64,000 nt of DNA from Mustelus asterias (taxonomy: Eukaryota): assembly GCF_964213995.1 (NCBI RefSeq), contig NW_027590140.1:682001-746000 (forward strand), given 5' to 3'. Below the pieces are notes generated by a model. It did not search any database and was not told the origin of the DNA. It saw only the letters and a program-made list of their open reading frames with translations. Positions within the stretch are counted from its first letter, which is position 1. The number at the start of each line of letters is the position of its first letter. This document shows, one piece after another, positions 12,633 to 25,728 of this stretch. Made by a program: the position numbers and the translations under genes.

Positions 12633-13801
12633 CACGGGAGACTGCTGAGTAAAATAAGGGCCCATGGTATTCAAGGCAAGGTACTAACATGGATTGACGA
12701 TTGGCTGTCAGACAGAAGGCAGAGAGTTGGGATAAAAGGTTCTTTCTCAGAATGGCAACCGGTGACAAGTGGTGTCCCGCAGGGTTCAGTGTTGGGGCCA
12801 CAGCTGTTCTCTTTATATATTAACGATCTAGATGACGGGACTGGGAGCATTCTGGCCAAGTTTGCCGATGATACAAAGATAGGTGGAGGGGCAGGTAGTA
12901 TTGAGGAGGTGGGGAGGCTGCAGAAAGATTTAGACAGTTTAGGAGAGTGGTCCAAGAAGTGGCTGATGAAATTCAACGTGGGCAAGTGCGAGGTCGTACA
13001 CTTTGGAAAAAAGAATAGAGGCATGGACTATTTTCTAAACGGTGACAAAATTCATAATGCTAAAGTGCAAAGGGACTTGGGAGTCCTAGTCCAGGATTCT
13101 CTAAAGGTAAACTTGCAGGTTGAGTCCGTAATTAGGAAAGCAAATGTAATGTTGTCATTTATCTCAAGAGGCTTGGAATACAAAAGCAGGGATGTACTTC
13201 TGAGGCTTTATAAAGCACTGGTTAGGCCCCATTTGGAGTACTGTGAGCAATTTTGGGCCCCACACCTCAGGAAGGACATACTGGCACTGGAGCGGGTCCA
13301 GCGGAGATTCACACGGATGATCCCAGGAATGGTAGGCCTGACATACGATGAACGTCTGAGGATCGTGGGATTATATTCATTGGAGTTTAGGAGGTTGAGG
13401 GGAGATCTGATAGAAACTTACAAGATAATGAACGGCTTAGATAGGATGGACGTAGGGAAGTTGTTTCCATTAACAGGGGAGACTAGGACGCGGGGGCACA
13501 GCCTTAGAATAAAAGGGAGTCACTTTAGAACAGAGATGAGGAGAAATTTCTTCAGCCAGAGAGTGGTGGGTCTGTGGAATTCATTGCCACAGAGGGCTGT
13601 GGAGGCCGAGACGTTGAGCGTCTTCAAGACAGAAATTGATAAATTCTTGATTTCTCGAGGAATTAAGGGCTATGGGGAGAGAGCGGGTAAATGGAGTTGA
13701 AATCAACCATGATTGAATGGTGGAGTGGACTCGATGGGCCGAATGGCCTTACTTCCGCTCCTATGTCTTATGGTCTTATGGTCTTATGGTCTTATGGTCT
13801 T
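12633..13801 (+). mobile_element. Young 5'-truncated CR1 LINE (open RT C-terminal ORF 12762-13700) with (tcttatgg)n tail
   Basis: SGVPQGSVLGP and FADD RT motifs, uninterrupted 312-aa frame, 8-bp tandem tail; inserted in an older minus-strand CR1. Confidence 0.95.
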
Positions 13802-15050
13802 AACTTGAAATCACACAACGTTTTGGCCTTAACTCCTTGCTGTCACATTGAATTCCACAGATTCACCACTCTCTGGGTGAAGACATTTTTAATCACCTCA
13901 GTCTTAATCAGTTCATCCCTTATCCTCAAAGTACGATACCTAATTCTGGACTCCCCCGCCATTTAATAATTCCTATGAGATCCCCTCTCACTCTTCTAAA
14001 CCCCAGTGAATATAAGCGTAACTGATTTAGTCTCTCCTCACATGACGGACCTGCCACTCCAGGAATGAGCCTGGTAACCCTTTGCTGCTTGCCTCCTATA
14101 GCAAGGACACCCTTCCTCAGATACGGACACCAAAACTGCACACAATACTCCAAGTGTGGCCTCACCAACACCCGACACAATTGCAATAAAACATCCCAAT
14201 TCCGACACTCTTCTCTCTCGCTATGAAGTCCAACATACTATTTGCCTTCTTTACTGCCTGCTAAGTGCCTCAGTGTTTACTTTCGGCAACTGATGCACGA
14301 GGGCACCAAGGTCTCGGTGAGAATCCACCTCTCTCAATTTACAACCATTCAAACAATAATCTGTCTTCCTATTATTGCCACCAAAGTGGATAATCTCACA
14401 TTTGTCCACGTTGTACTGCATCTGCCATGCGTATGCGCACTCATTCAGCCTGTCCAAATCAGATTAAAGAATCCCTGCATCCTCCTCACAGCTCACCCTC
14501 CCACCATAATTTGTCATCTGCAAACTTGGAGCAAATACATTTCGTTCCCTCTTCCGAATCATCAATCTTTTATGTGAACAGTTGGGATCCCAACACCGAT
14601 CCCTGCAGTAGTCCACGAGTCACTGCTTGCCAATCGAAAAAAGACCCATTTATGCTAATTCTGTTTCCTGCCTGCTAACCAGCTTTCTATCTATCTCAAG
14701 ACACTAACTTGTTAAAAGCCTTCTGAAAGTCCAAATAAACCACCTTCTCTCGTTCTCCTCTACTAGTTACATTCTCAAATAATTCCAATAGATTCACCAA
14801 GCATGATTTCTCCTTTGTAAATAGATGCTGCATTGTCTGATTATACCACTGTTTTCCAACTGCTGAGTTTTGAAATACTTGATAAACGGACTCTCGCTAC
14901 TTCGCCAATACTGATGTCAGGCTCATTGGTCCATAGTACCCTGTTCTCTCTACCCCATTTTCTGAATCGTGGGCTTACATTATCTATCCTCCAATCTGCA
15001 GGAACCAGTCCGAGTCCAATGAACTGGAAAATGACACCAAATGTGTCCCT
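13802..15050 (-). mobile_element. Older degenerate CR1 LINE
   Basis: LVRPHLEYCVQFWCP and WQMQYNVDKCEIIHFG peptides on the minus strand. Confidence 0.88.
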
Positions 15051-15055
15051 ATTTC

Positions 15056-15700
15056 ATAGAATCACAGAATTCATACAGTTCTGAAGGAAGCCGTTTGGCC
15101 TATCGAGTTTGCACCGACCACAATGCCACCCAGACCCTATTCCCATGACCCCACATATTTACCCTGCCAATCCCCTGACACTCGGGTCAATTTAGTATGG
15201 CCAATCAACCTAATCTGCACGCGGCACGGTGGCACAGTGGTTAGCACAGCTGCCTCTCATCGCCAGGGATCTGGGTTCGATTCCTGGCTTGGGTCACTGT
15301 CTGTGCGGAGTCTGCACGTTCTCCCCGTGTCTGCGTGGATTTCCTCCAGGTGCTCCGGTTTCCTCCCACATTCCAAGCATGTGTGGGTTAGGTGGATTGG
15401 CCATGCTAAAGTGCCCCATAGTGTCAGAGGGACGAGCTTGGTTAAATACATGGGGTTACGGGGATAGAGCCTGGGTGGGATTGCGTTCCTTGCAGACTTG
15501 ATGGGCCGAATGGCCTCCTTCTGCACTGTTGGAACCTTTAACTCTGTAACTTTGGACTGTAGGAGGAAACTGGGGCACCCGGAGGAAACCCACGCAGACA
15601 CGGGGAGAACGTGTAAACTCTAAACAGACAGTGATCGAGGCTGGAATTAAAGCTCGAGCTTTGAGGCAACAGTGCTGACCACTGTGCCACCGTGCCACCC
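15056..15700. mobile_element. Nested HE1-like SINEs (+ copy 15221-15530 inside a minus copy)
   Basis: SINE head, core and tail recognisable in both orientations. Confidence 0.8.
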
Positions 15701-15729
15701 CCCTCTAGGGCTGTTCCGTTATGTACTCT

Positions 15730-18700
15730 GAGATGAAGATTATAAGGCCCCAGAGACCATTTTAGAAAGAGTGATGAGATCCTGCAGCAGTTTAGGGAGT
15801 TAGATAGAATGTTAAAAAGCAGGACCTCTAGGATTGTAATCTCAGGATTATTACCTGCGCTATGTACCAGTGAGGCGAGAAATTGGAAGGTAGTACAGCT
15901 CAACATGTGGCTCAACAACTGGTGGACGGGGAAGGGTTTCAGATATCTGGACCACTGGGATCTCTTACGGGACAGGTGGGATCTGTACAAGGACAGCTTG
16001 TATCTAAACTGGAGGGGCATTAATATTCTGACCGGGAGGTTTGCTAGTATCACACGGGAGGATTTAAAGTACTTTGGCAGGGGATAGGAACCAAAGCAAA
16101 GGTGAATTAACTTAAAGTAAAAGTTCATTTATTAGTCATAAATAAGGCTTACATTTACACTGCAATTAAGTGACGGTGAAATTCCCCTAGTCACCGCACT
16201 TGGCACTTGTTCGGATCAATGCACCTAACCAGCACGTCTTTCAGACTGTGGGAGGAAACCGGAACACCCTGAAAGAACCCACGCAGACATGGGGAGGACG
16301 TGCAAACTCCACACAGACAGTAACCCAAGAAGGCAATCGAACCCTGGTCCATCACGCTGGGAAGCAGCGGTGCTAACCACTGTGCCACCATGCCGCCCAC
16401 TTAAGGAGGACTGGAGAGTAGGTCCAGTAAAATTCAGAGAAAGAGCAGGCAGAGTGTGGTTGCTCATCAAAGAGGTTCTGGTGGACTGATGTACATTTGT
16501 TTCAATGCGGGAAGTGTAACAGGTAAGAACTTAGGGCTTGGATTAATACTTGGAATTATGATGTTGTTGCCATTAGAGACTTGGCTAAGGGAAGGACAGG
16601 ATTGGCAGCTTTCCGTTCCAGGATGCAGATGTTTTCAGTGGGATAGAGGGGGATCTAAAAGGGGTGGGGGAGTTACACTACTGGAGAATATCACAAATGT
16701 ATTGTGGGAGGACACCTCAGAGAGCTCATACAGCGAGGCAACATGGGTAGAGCTCAGGAATAGGAAGGGTGTAGTCACAACGCTGTGGGTTTACTGTAGT
16801 CCCCCTAAAAGCCAGCGACAGAGGAACAGATATATAGGCGGATTTTGGCAAGGTGCAAAAGTAACAGGGTTGCTGTGGAGGGAGATATTAACTTCCCCAA
16901 AATGACTGGGACTACTTAGTGCTCGCGACGTGGATGGGGCAGAGTTTGTAAGGCACATCCAGGAGGATGTCTTGAACTATTATGTCGATAGTCCAACTCG
17001 GGAAGGAGCCATACTGGACCTGGTATTGGGGAATGAGCCTGGCCGGGTGACGACGTTTCAGGAGGAGAGCAGTTTGGGAACAGTGACCACAATTCAGTAA
17101 GATTTAAGGTACTGATGGATAAAGATAAGTGTAGTCCTCAAGTGAAGGTGCTAAATTAGGGGAAGGCGAATTACAACATTATTAGGCAGGAATTGAAGAA
17201 TATAGATTGGGGCAGATATTTGAGGGCAAATAAATTTCTGACATGTGGAGGTTTTCAACTGCAAATTGGTAGGAATTCAGGACTGGCACATTCCTATAAG
17301 GCTGAAGGGTAATTATGGCAAGTTTCAGCAAACTTGGATAGTGAGAGATATTGTGAGCCTAGTCAAAGAGAAAAAAGGAAGCTCATGGTTCCTGTGGCGA
17401 TGACTCATGTTTCATTTCCTCACCCTGCACTATAAATATCTCTGACTTTCTATGTCTTTTAGCTTTGACAAAGGGTCATCTGGAGTCGAAACGTCAGCTC
17501 TTTTCTCTCCTTACAGATGCGGCCAGACCTGCTGAGATTTTCCAGCATGTTCTCTTTTGGCTGGAGAAAAAGGAAGCATTTGTCAAGGCTAGGAGATTGG
17601 GAACACACGAAGGAGAAGTGGAATACAAGAAAAGTAGCAAGAAGCTCAAGCAAGGAGTAAGGAGGGCTAAAAGGGGTAACAAAAAGTAATTGGCCAGCAG
17701 GATTAAGGAAAATCCTTTTTATGCATATATGAAGAGAAAGCAAGAAACCTGGAGGAGGACAGGGGAGGGGATCTATGCATGGAGCTGGAGGAAAAGAGGA
17801 AATGAGCGCGGTATTAAATGAATACTTTGCGTCAGTTTTCACAAAAGAGGAGGACTTGCTTAATGATGAGTCTGGGGAAGTGTGTGTAGATAGTTTGGGT
17901 CATGATGAGACCAAAAAGGAGGCAATATTGGGTTCTTGAGAAGCACTAAATTAGTCGAGTCCACGGGGCCTGATGGGAAACACTCCAGAATACTGAGAGA
18001 TGCAAGGCAGGAAACTGCTCAGGACTTGAGAGAAATCTTTGTATCCTCACTAGTACAGTGGAGGTCCCAGAAGATTGGATAACGTTGTTCCTTTGTTTAT
18101 GAAGGGTAGTAAGGATAAACCAGGTAATTAAAGGCCGGTGAGCCTTCAGCCAATGGTGGGGAAATTATTGGAGAGCATTCTTCGAGACAGGATTTACTCC
18201 CACTTGAAAATAAGTGGACGTATTAGTGAGTCACAACATGGTTTTGTGATGGGGAGGTCGTGTCTCACTTAGTTAATCGAGTTTTTCGAGGAAGTGGCGA
18301 AGATGATTGATGAGGGTAGGGCAGTGCATGTTGTCTACATGGACTTCAGTAAGGCCTTTGACAAGGTCCCTCATGGCAGACTGGTACAGAAGGTTAAGTC
18401 GCACGGGATCAGAGATCAGCTGGCAAGATGGATGCAGAACTGCCTCGGTCATAGAAGACAGAGGGTAGTAGTGGAAGGGTGCGTTTCTGAATGGAGGGCG
18501 GTGACAAGTGGCGTTCTTCAGGGATCAATGCTGGGACTTTTGATGCTTGTAATATATATAAATGATTTGGAGGGAAATGTAACTGGTTTGATTAGTAAGT
18601 CTGCAGACGATGCAAAGATTGGAGGAATTGTGGATCGCAGTGACGACTGTCAGAGGATACAGCAGGATATAGAATGGTTCGAGACTTGGGCGGTGAGATG

Positions 18701-21565
18701 GCAGATGGAGTTTAATGGACAAATGTGAGGTAATGCATTTTGGAAGTCTTATATAGATGGGAAAAATACAGTAAATGGCAGAACCCTTAAGAATATTGAC
18801 AGGCAGAGGGATCTGGGTGTGCAGATATCCAAGTCACTGAAAGTGGCAACGCAGGTGGAGAAGGTCGATGGAGACGGGAGAGGTGTAGGAGGATTGGAGG
18901 ATTGCGGATGTGGTTCCTATTTTCAAGAAGGGGAATAAGGATAGCCCAGGAAATAACCGACTGGTGAGTCTAACCTCAGTGGTTGGTAAGCTGATGGAGA
19001 AGATCCTGTGGGACAAGATTAATGAGCATTTAGAGAGGTTTAGTATGCTCAAGAATACTCAGCATGGCTTTGTCAAAGGCAGATCGTGCCTTACGAGCCT
19101 GGTGGAGTTCTTCGAAAATGTGACTAAACACATTGACGAAGGGAAAGCGGTAGATGTGGTTTATATGGATCTTAGCAAGGCGTTCGATAAGGTTCCCCAT
19201 GAAAGGGTTCTAGAAAAAGTGAGAGGGCATGGGATCCAAGGGGCTACTGCCCTGTGGATCCAGAACTGGCTTGCCCAGAGGAGGCAGAGAGTGGGTACAG
19301 ATGGGTCTTTTTCTAAATAGAGGTCGGTCACCAGTGGTGTGCCCCAGGGATCTGTTCTGGGACCCTTGCTGTTTGTCATTTTCATAAATGACCTGGATGA
19401 GGACGTGGAGGGATGGGTTGGTAAGTTTGCCGACGACCCAAAGTTTGGTGGGGTTGTGGATAGTCTGGAGGGATGTCAGAAGTTACAGAGGGACATAGAT
19501 AGGATGCAAGACTGGGTGGAGAAGTGGCAGATGGACTTCTACCCAGATAAATGCATAGTGGTCCATTTTGGCAGGTCAAATGGGATGAAGGAGTACAATA
19601 TAAAGGGAAAAACTCTTCGTACTGTAGTGGATCAGAAGCCTGGGGTCCGGGTCCATAGGACTCTAAAATCGGCCCCAGAGGTGGAGGAGGTGGTTAAGAA
19701 GGAGTATGGTGTGCTGGCTTTATCAATCGAAGGATTGAGTTTAGGAGTCCGGGGATAATGATGCAGCTATATAAGACCCTCGTCAGTCCACACTTGGAGT
19801 ACTGTGCTCAGTTCTGGTCGCCTCATTATAGGAAGGATGTGGAAAAGATTGAAAGTGTGTAGAGGAGATTTAGAAGGATGTTGCCTGGATTGACTGGCAT
19901 GCCTTATGAGGATAGGCTGAGGGAGCTCGGTCTTTTCTCCTTGGAGAGACGTAGGATGAGAGGAGACCTTATAGAGGTGTATAAGATGTTGAGAGGCATA
20001 GATCGAGTGGACTCTCAGAGGCTTTTTCTCAGGGTGGAAATCTCTGCTACGAGAGGACACAGGTTTAAAGTGCTGGGGGGTAGGTACAGGGGAAATGTTA
20101 GGGGGAACTTTTTCACACAGAGGGTGGTGGACGAGTGAAATCGGCTGCCGTCAGTGGTGGTGGAGGCAAACTCAATAGGGTCTTTTAAGAGACTCCTGGA
20201 TGAGTACATGGGACTTAATGGGATGGAGGGTTATAGGTAGGCCTAGAAGGTAGGGATATGTTCGGCACAACCTGTGGGGCCGAACGGCCTGTTTTGTGCT
20301 GTAGTTTTATATAAGGTAGTCAAGAATGCATACAGCATGCTTGCCTTCATCGGCCGGGGCATTGAGTTTAAAAATTGTCAAGTCATGTTGCATCTTTATA
20401 GAACCTTAGTTAGGCAGCACTTGGAATATCGTGTTCAATTCTGGTCTTCACGCTACCAGAAGGATGTGGAGGTTTTGGAGAGGGTGCAGAAGAAATTTCA
20501 TAGAATAGAATGCCTGCAGTGCAGAAGGAAGCCATTGAGAGCATCAGGTCTGCCACCGACCACAATCCCACCCAGACCCTATTCCCCTCATCCTTCATAT
20601 TAACCTTGCTAATTCCCCTGACCAGAGTGTCAATTTACCATTGCCAATCAACATAACCCGCACATCTTTGGACTGTGGGAGGAAGCGGAACATCCGGAGA
20701 AAACCCATGCAGACATGGGGAGAACGTGCAAACTCCAAACAGACAGTTACCCGAGGCCAAAATTGAACCCGAGTCCCTGGCGCTATGAGGCAGCAATGCT
20801 AACCACCGTGCCACCAACCTTTTTTTATAATACTGGTTCAGTTCATCTACTATCTCCTTATTGTTTTGTTTTCAACTCCCCAGACATACTTTCTATAGGA
20901 CCAATGCTCACTTTGTTGACTTTTCTTTTTTAAGTATCTGTGGAAATTGTTACATTATATACTACATTTCAATTTCTCATATTCCTCGATAACTTTCTCT
21001 CATTCTCCCTCTTTATTAATCTTTTTGTCATTCTTTGCTGTCTTTATCCTATCCTATCCTATCCTATCCTATCCAATCTTCTTACCTGCCACCCTTTAAC
21101 CAGGATGTTGCCAGGTATGCAGGACATTAGCTGTGAGCAGAGGTTGGAGAATCTTAGTTTGTTCTCGCTGGAACGACAAACGTTGAGCGGGCGAACTGAT
21201 CAACCTCTCCAAGATTATGAAGGGGGACAGAATGGATAGTCAGACGCTATTTTCCCACAGTAGAAGAGTCAATTACTCGGGGGCATAGGTTTAAGTTGCG
21301 AGGGGCAAGGTTTAAAGGCGATGTATGAGGCACGTGCTTTGCACAGAGGGTGGTGGGTGCCTGGAACTCGCTGCTGGGGAAGGTAGTGGAAGCAGATACG
21401 ATAGTGACTTTTAAGGGGCATCTTGCCAAATACATGAATAAGATGGGAATACAGCGATAAGGTTCCCAGAAGGATAGGGGGCTTTAGTTCAGTCGGGCAG
21501 CATGGTCGGTGCAGGCTTGGACGTCCGAAGGGCCTATTCCTGTGTTGTAATTTTCTTTGTTCTTT
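15730..21565 (+). mobile_element. Long degenerate CR1 LINE with SGNH-esterase-like ORF1 and APE/RT ORF2, carrying nested SINEs, a Penelope fragment and a younger CR1
   Basis: ORF1 fragment RIVISGLLP..LNMWL..LYLNWRG (15809-16087); APE motifs ETWL and DLVL; RT YMDFSKAFDKVPH (18294-18728); continues at 20313-20500 and 21100-21565. Confidence 0.85.
18864..20312 (+). mobile_element. Younger CR1 nested in the older CR1
   Basis: Highly similar to 60611-62070; host frame resumes after it; AAGGT at 18861-18865 and 20313-20317 looks like a TSD. Confidence 0.85.
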
Positions 21566-21699
21566 GTTCAATCCCATTATTTTCCCCCAAACCATTTCGC
21601 TATTAATACTGATTTCCTTCAGCACTTCATTAAAACTTGTTTCTCTCAGAGCTTTTGGTACATTATTCATGTCTTCCTTTGTGAAGACAGACCCACCAT

Positions 21700-22190
21700 C
21701 AGGCACAAGTCAGGAGTATGATGGAATAGTCTGCTCTTGCCTTGGTAAGTGCAGCTCCATCAACACCCATGAAGCTCTACACGGCCAAAGATAAAGCAGC
21801 CCTTCCAATAACATTCACTCCTTCCACCACTGACGCACAGTGGCAGCCATGAGTAGCCTCTACGCGATGCACTGCAGGAACTCACTGAGATTCCTTCGAC
21901 AGCACCCTTCAATTGCACGACCTCTACCATCTAGAAGAGTAGCAGAAAGACCGCCACCTGGAGGTTCCCCTCCAAGTCACTCAGCATCCTGACTTGGAAA
22001 TATATCACTGTTCCTTCACTGTCGCTGTGTCAAAATCCTGAAACACCCTCTCGAGCAGCACTGTGGGTATACCTACATCACGGGGACTGACGCGGTTCAA
22101 GCTCACCACCACCTTCTCAAGACCAATTAGAGATGGTCAACAAATGCTGTTCCAGCCTGCGACACCCACATCTTGTGAGAGAATAAAAAT
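21700..22190 (+). mobile_element. L2/CR1-group LINE 3' fragment
   Basis: QAQVRSMME and IHSFHH*RTVAA-like ORF2 tail; a related minus copy lies near 52780-53150. Confidence 0.6.
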
Positions 22191-22243
22191 AGATCTTTGC
22201 TTGCAGCCCGCTGCTCGAGTTACGAATCTCTTTTTCACACTAG

Positions 22244-22543
22244 GTACTGCTGGAGAGCTGCAGGTTTGCCTCGAGAGAAAGCAGCCCAGCAGTGGGACAT
22301 GCAAAGTGGAACTGATGTGTTCCAGCGTGCGTGACTCGGCTGTTGAGTGGTTCAGAGGGAACAAGAAGGTTATCAGTGATCAGAGGCATGAGCTGCAGTT
22401 TGGTGGGATGATTTTGGATGTCACACTCGATTCCCAGCTTGGAGAGACGGTTTATAAATGCAAGGAAGCAGCAGGAGGAGTCGAGCAGACTGTTGATTTG
22501 GGAGCAACCTGTGGCTACAGCAACACTATCAAAATTCTACCAG
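22244..22543 (+). CDS. Exon 2: C2-set Ig domain, CD2/SLAM membrane-proximal-like
   Basis: Pyrimidine-rich TAG acceptor and CAG|GTAAC donor, 300 bp, phase 1-1; GTCKVELMCS..VEWF..YKC..LGATC, with 46 aa between the canonical Cys pair plus a second Cys pair. Confidence 0.85.
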
Positions 22544-22819
22544 GTAACAACTATCATTTTACTACATCTCAAATGCATGGACAAATCCTTGCTATTCAGT
22601 GACGTTACCCACACTGAATCCTCCCCCGCCCCCATGTCCTGGGGGTTGATGATCAATTCTACCACTGTCACTGGAATATATTCTGCGTCATGATATATGG
22701 AAGGATACTGCTCAGACACTCTGAAGCCGTCTTGTATCAATTAACTCGCCTCCTAACTCCCCAAAATCTGTCCACCATCTGGGAGGCACAACATCAGGAG
22801 TGTGAATGTTTTTTTTCAT

Positions 22820-23120
22820 TCATACACACATACTCATGCACGCACACACACAGACCCGTGCACGCACGCACATATACACACACACACATACACAAACACA
22901 ATCACGCGAGCGCACACACAAACACACATGCATGTGCAGACGTAAACAAACACACGTANNNNNNNNNNNNNNNNNNNNNNNNNNNNNNNNNNNNNNNNNN
23001 NNNNNNNNNNNNNNNNNNNNNNNNNNNNNNNNNNNNNNNNNNNNNNNNNNNNNNNNNNNNNNNNNNNNNNNNNNNNNNNNNNNNNNNNNNNNNNNNNNNN
23101 ACGCACTCACACACACTCAC
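22820..23120. repeat. CA-rich microsatellite with N gap
   Basis: Direct inspection; similar tracts at 50075-50405 and 50935-51210. Confidence 0.95.
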
Positions 23121-23529
23121 AGACAGTGGAATTTGTATTCAATAACAAAAATCTGGATTTAAGAATCTACTAATGGCCATGAAACCATTGTTGGAAATGG
23201 TTGGATTCACTACTGTCCGTTAGGGAAGAAAATCTGCCGTCCTTACCCTGACTGGCCTACCTGTGAATCGAGCGACAGCAATGTGGTTGACTCTCAACTC
23301 CTGTCAGAAATAGCCCAGCGAGACTCTCAATTTTAACAATCACTATGGCATTGTGGATCACACAGCACGAGGACTGCAGCGTTTCAAGAAGGCAGCACAC
23401 ACGCTGACACATATGCACACACAAGTGTACGCATACACACAAGTGCACACGCACTGCATGTGAGAGAATGTCCTGCTGTTGCAATTTGCTATTGAACGAC
23501 TCTCTTTCTCCATAATGTTCTATTTACAG

Positions 23530-23640
23530 ATATTTCCTCAGTTCAGTACCAGAAAGTGAAGATTATTCTCACTGCGATTTTCTTGGCAGTTTATACGGCA
23601 GCTTTACTGATCACCTTCTATCTATGCCATCAGGAGAACA
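23530..23640 (+). CDS. Exon 3: stalk plus transmembrane segment
   Basis: tttacag acceptor, phase 1; DISSVQYQKVK-IILTAIFLAVYTAALLITFYLC-HQEN; donor is non-consensus GTTAAG, and read-through gives AGT TAA. Confidence 0.75.
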
Positions 23641-23721
23641 GTTAAGTATTGGGTCTGTTCTCATAGCAGCAAACAATCTCCTCTTAATCCCAGAATGCTT
23701 CCCGAACACTGAGTGTCAGAG

Positions 23722-24125
23722 GGCATGGATCTCGCATTGGGGGTGTGAGTGACAGGGGACCTCGCACGAGAGTGTGAGAGACAGGGGATCTCACACTGGG
23801 GGTGTGAAAGACAGGAGATTTCGCATTGGCGGTGTGAGGGACAGGGGATCTCGCCTGGGGATGTGAGAGACAGGGGATCTCGCACGAGGGTGTGAGAGAC
23901 AGGGGAATTCACACTTAGGGTGTGAGAGAGCGGATCTCACATTGGGGGTGTGAGGGACAGGGGAACTCGCACTGCGAGTGTGAGAGACAGGGGGTCTCGC
24001 AATGGGGGTGTGAGAGACAGGGGGTCTCGCACCGGGGGTGTGAGAGACCGGAGATTTCGCACTGGGGTGTGAGAGACAGGAGATCTCGCACTGGTGCTGT
24101 GCGGCAAAGAGGGAATCTCGCACTG
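23722..24125. repeat. ~30-bp minisatellite (gggatctcgcactgggggtgtgagagaca)
   Basis: About 13 degenerate tandem copies. Confidence 0.92.
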
Positions 24126-24256
24126 GAACTGGGGTTTTAGTGGGAGAGGAAGGGAGGGTGGCAGCAGAGGGAGAGAGTGGGGAGAGGGAGGGAGTGATAA
24201 CAGAGACTCAATATCACCTGATACTGACTTTCTCTTATTTTGCTTCTTGTGTCTAG

Positions 24257-24289
24257 GCAACAGTGAAAAGAAAAGGAGACATAACCAAG
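24257..24289 (+). CDS. Exon 4: short basic juxtamembrane exon
   Basis: ttcttgtgtctag|GC..NSEKKRRHNQ G|GTAGGG, 33 bp, phase 1-1. Confidence 0.65.
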
Positions 24290-24399
24290 GTAGGGGTTCA
24301 ATCTAGCCGGTACCCCGAAAGTGTCTGACTGGCGAACAAACTGCTGTCCATTACTGTGGGTAGGAGGAGGTCAGGACCTTTCTGCCAGCACAACGGTGA

Positions 24400-24985
24400 C
24401 TGTTTGATGGGGGACAGTGTCGAGGGAGTTTTACTCTGTATCTAACACCGTGCTGTACCTGTCCTGGAAGTGTTTGATGGGGGTTCGTGTGGAGGAAGTT
24501 GTACTCTGTCTCTAATCCTGTGCTGTACCTGTCCTGGAAGTGTTTGATGGCGGATAGTAGAGATGAAGGTTTACTTTGTATCGATCCCTGTGCTGTACCT
24601 GTCCTGGGAGTGTTTGATGGGGATAGTGTAGAGGGAGATTTTCTCTGTATGTAACCCCGTCCCGTACCTGTCCTGGGAGTTTTTGATGGGGACAGTGTAC
24701 AGGGAGCTTCACACTCTATCTAACCCTGTGCTATACTTGTCCTGGGAGTGTTTGATGGAGACAGTGTAGATCGAGTTTTACTCTGTATCTAACCCTGTGC
24801 TGTACCTGTCCGGAGAGTGTTTGATGCGGACAGTGTGGAGGGAGTTTTAATCAGTATCTAACCCTGTGCGGTACCTGTCCTGGGAGTGTTTGATGGGGAC
24901 TGTGTACACGGAGATTTATTCTGTCCCTAACCTCGTGCTGTACCTGTTCGGAATATTTGATTGTGGGGCAGTGTAACAGGGAGTA
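24400..24985. repeat. ~69-70-bp satellite (gtgtttgatggggacagtgtagagggag...gtacctgtcctggga)
   Basis: About 8 head-to-tail copies with no unique spacers. Confidence 0.93.
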
Positions 24986-25728
24986 TTTTATTTGTTAAGA
25001 TCACTGAATGTAATTTTATCATTTTGGAGATGCTCAGACTGTCTCTGTGTTAATCTGCCTCCCGATCTCCCTTGCCTGGAGATTTGTCAAACAGGCGGGC
25101 ACAGGAATCAGCTCGAAACCCATGTTTGCCTCTTTTACACAAGCATTTGGTGTACTAGAGTGAGGTATTCTTGTTATAGCTACTTTGGTACTGTCACACC
25201 TGGAATACTGCGAACAGTTTTGGTCTCCTTGCCGAATTAACTTACCTTCGAGCGAGACAGAAAAAATCATTTTGCTGCTGATTCCTGGGCTGAGGGATAT
25301 TGGCTGATGTGAGATTAGTATTCTGGAAGCTAATCGTTTGAGAGGTGATCTGTTTGAAACGTACACAGATCTCTCACAGTTTCAAGTGCAACCTACTTAC
25401 TGGATGTTTTCCCCGGTTGCGGAGTCTGGGACATGGGGGTCACGGTTTCAGGCTAAGAGATCAAATTTGATACTTTTCAGTCAGAGAGTGGTAAGTCTTT
25501 GAAATTCTCTACCCAGAGAGTGGTAGATGATCTGTCCTTGAGTAGATTCAAGAGAGCAGTTGAGAGATATTTGGGCATTTTCTAAAAGAGAATGGCGAGT
25601 GGAGTGGAGAATAGAGTTGATAGGATCAGCATAATAATGCCACAGCACGAGAACCAAGCTCGCTGCATCCAACTACTTCTTGTTCTTATGTTTCTTTTTC
25701 CACTGAAATTGATCTTTCCTCTTTGCAG

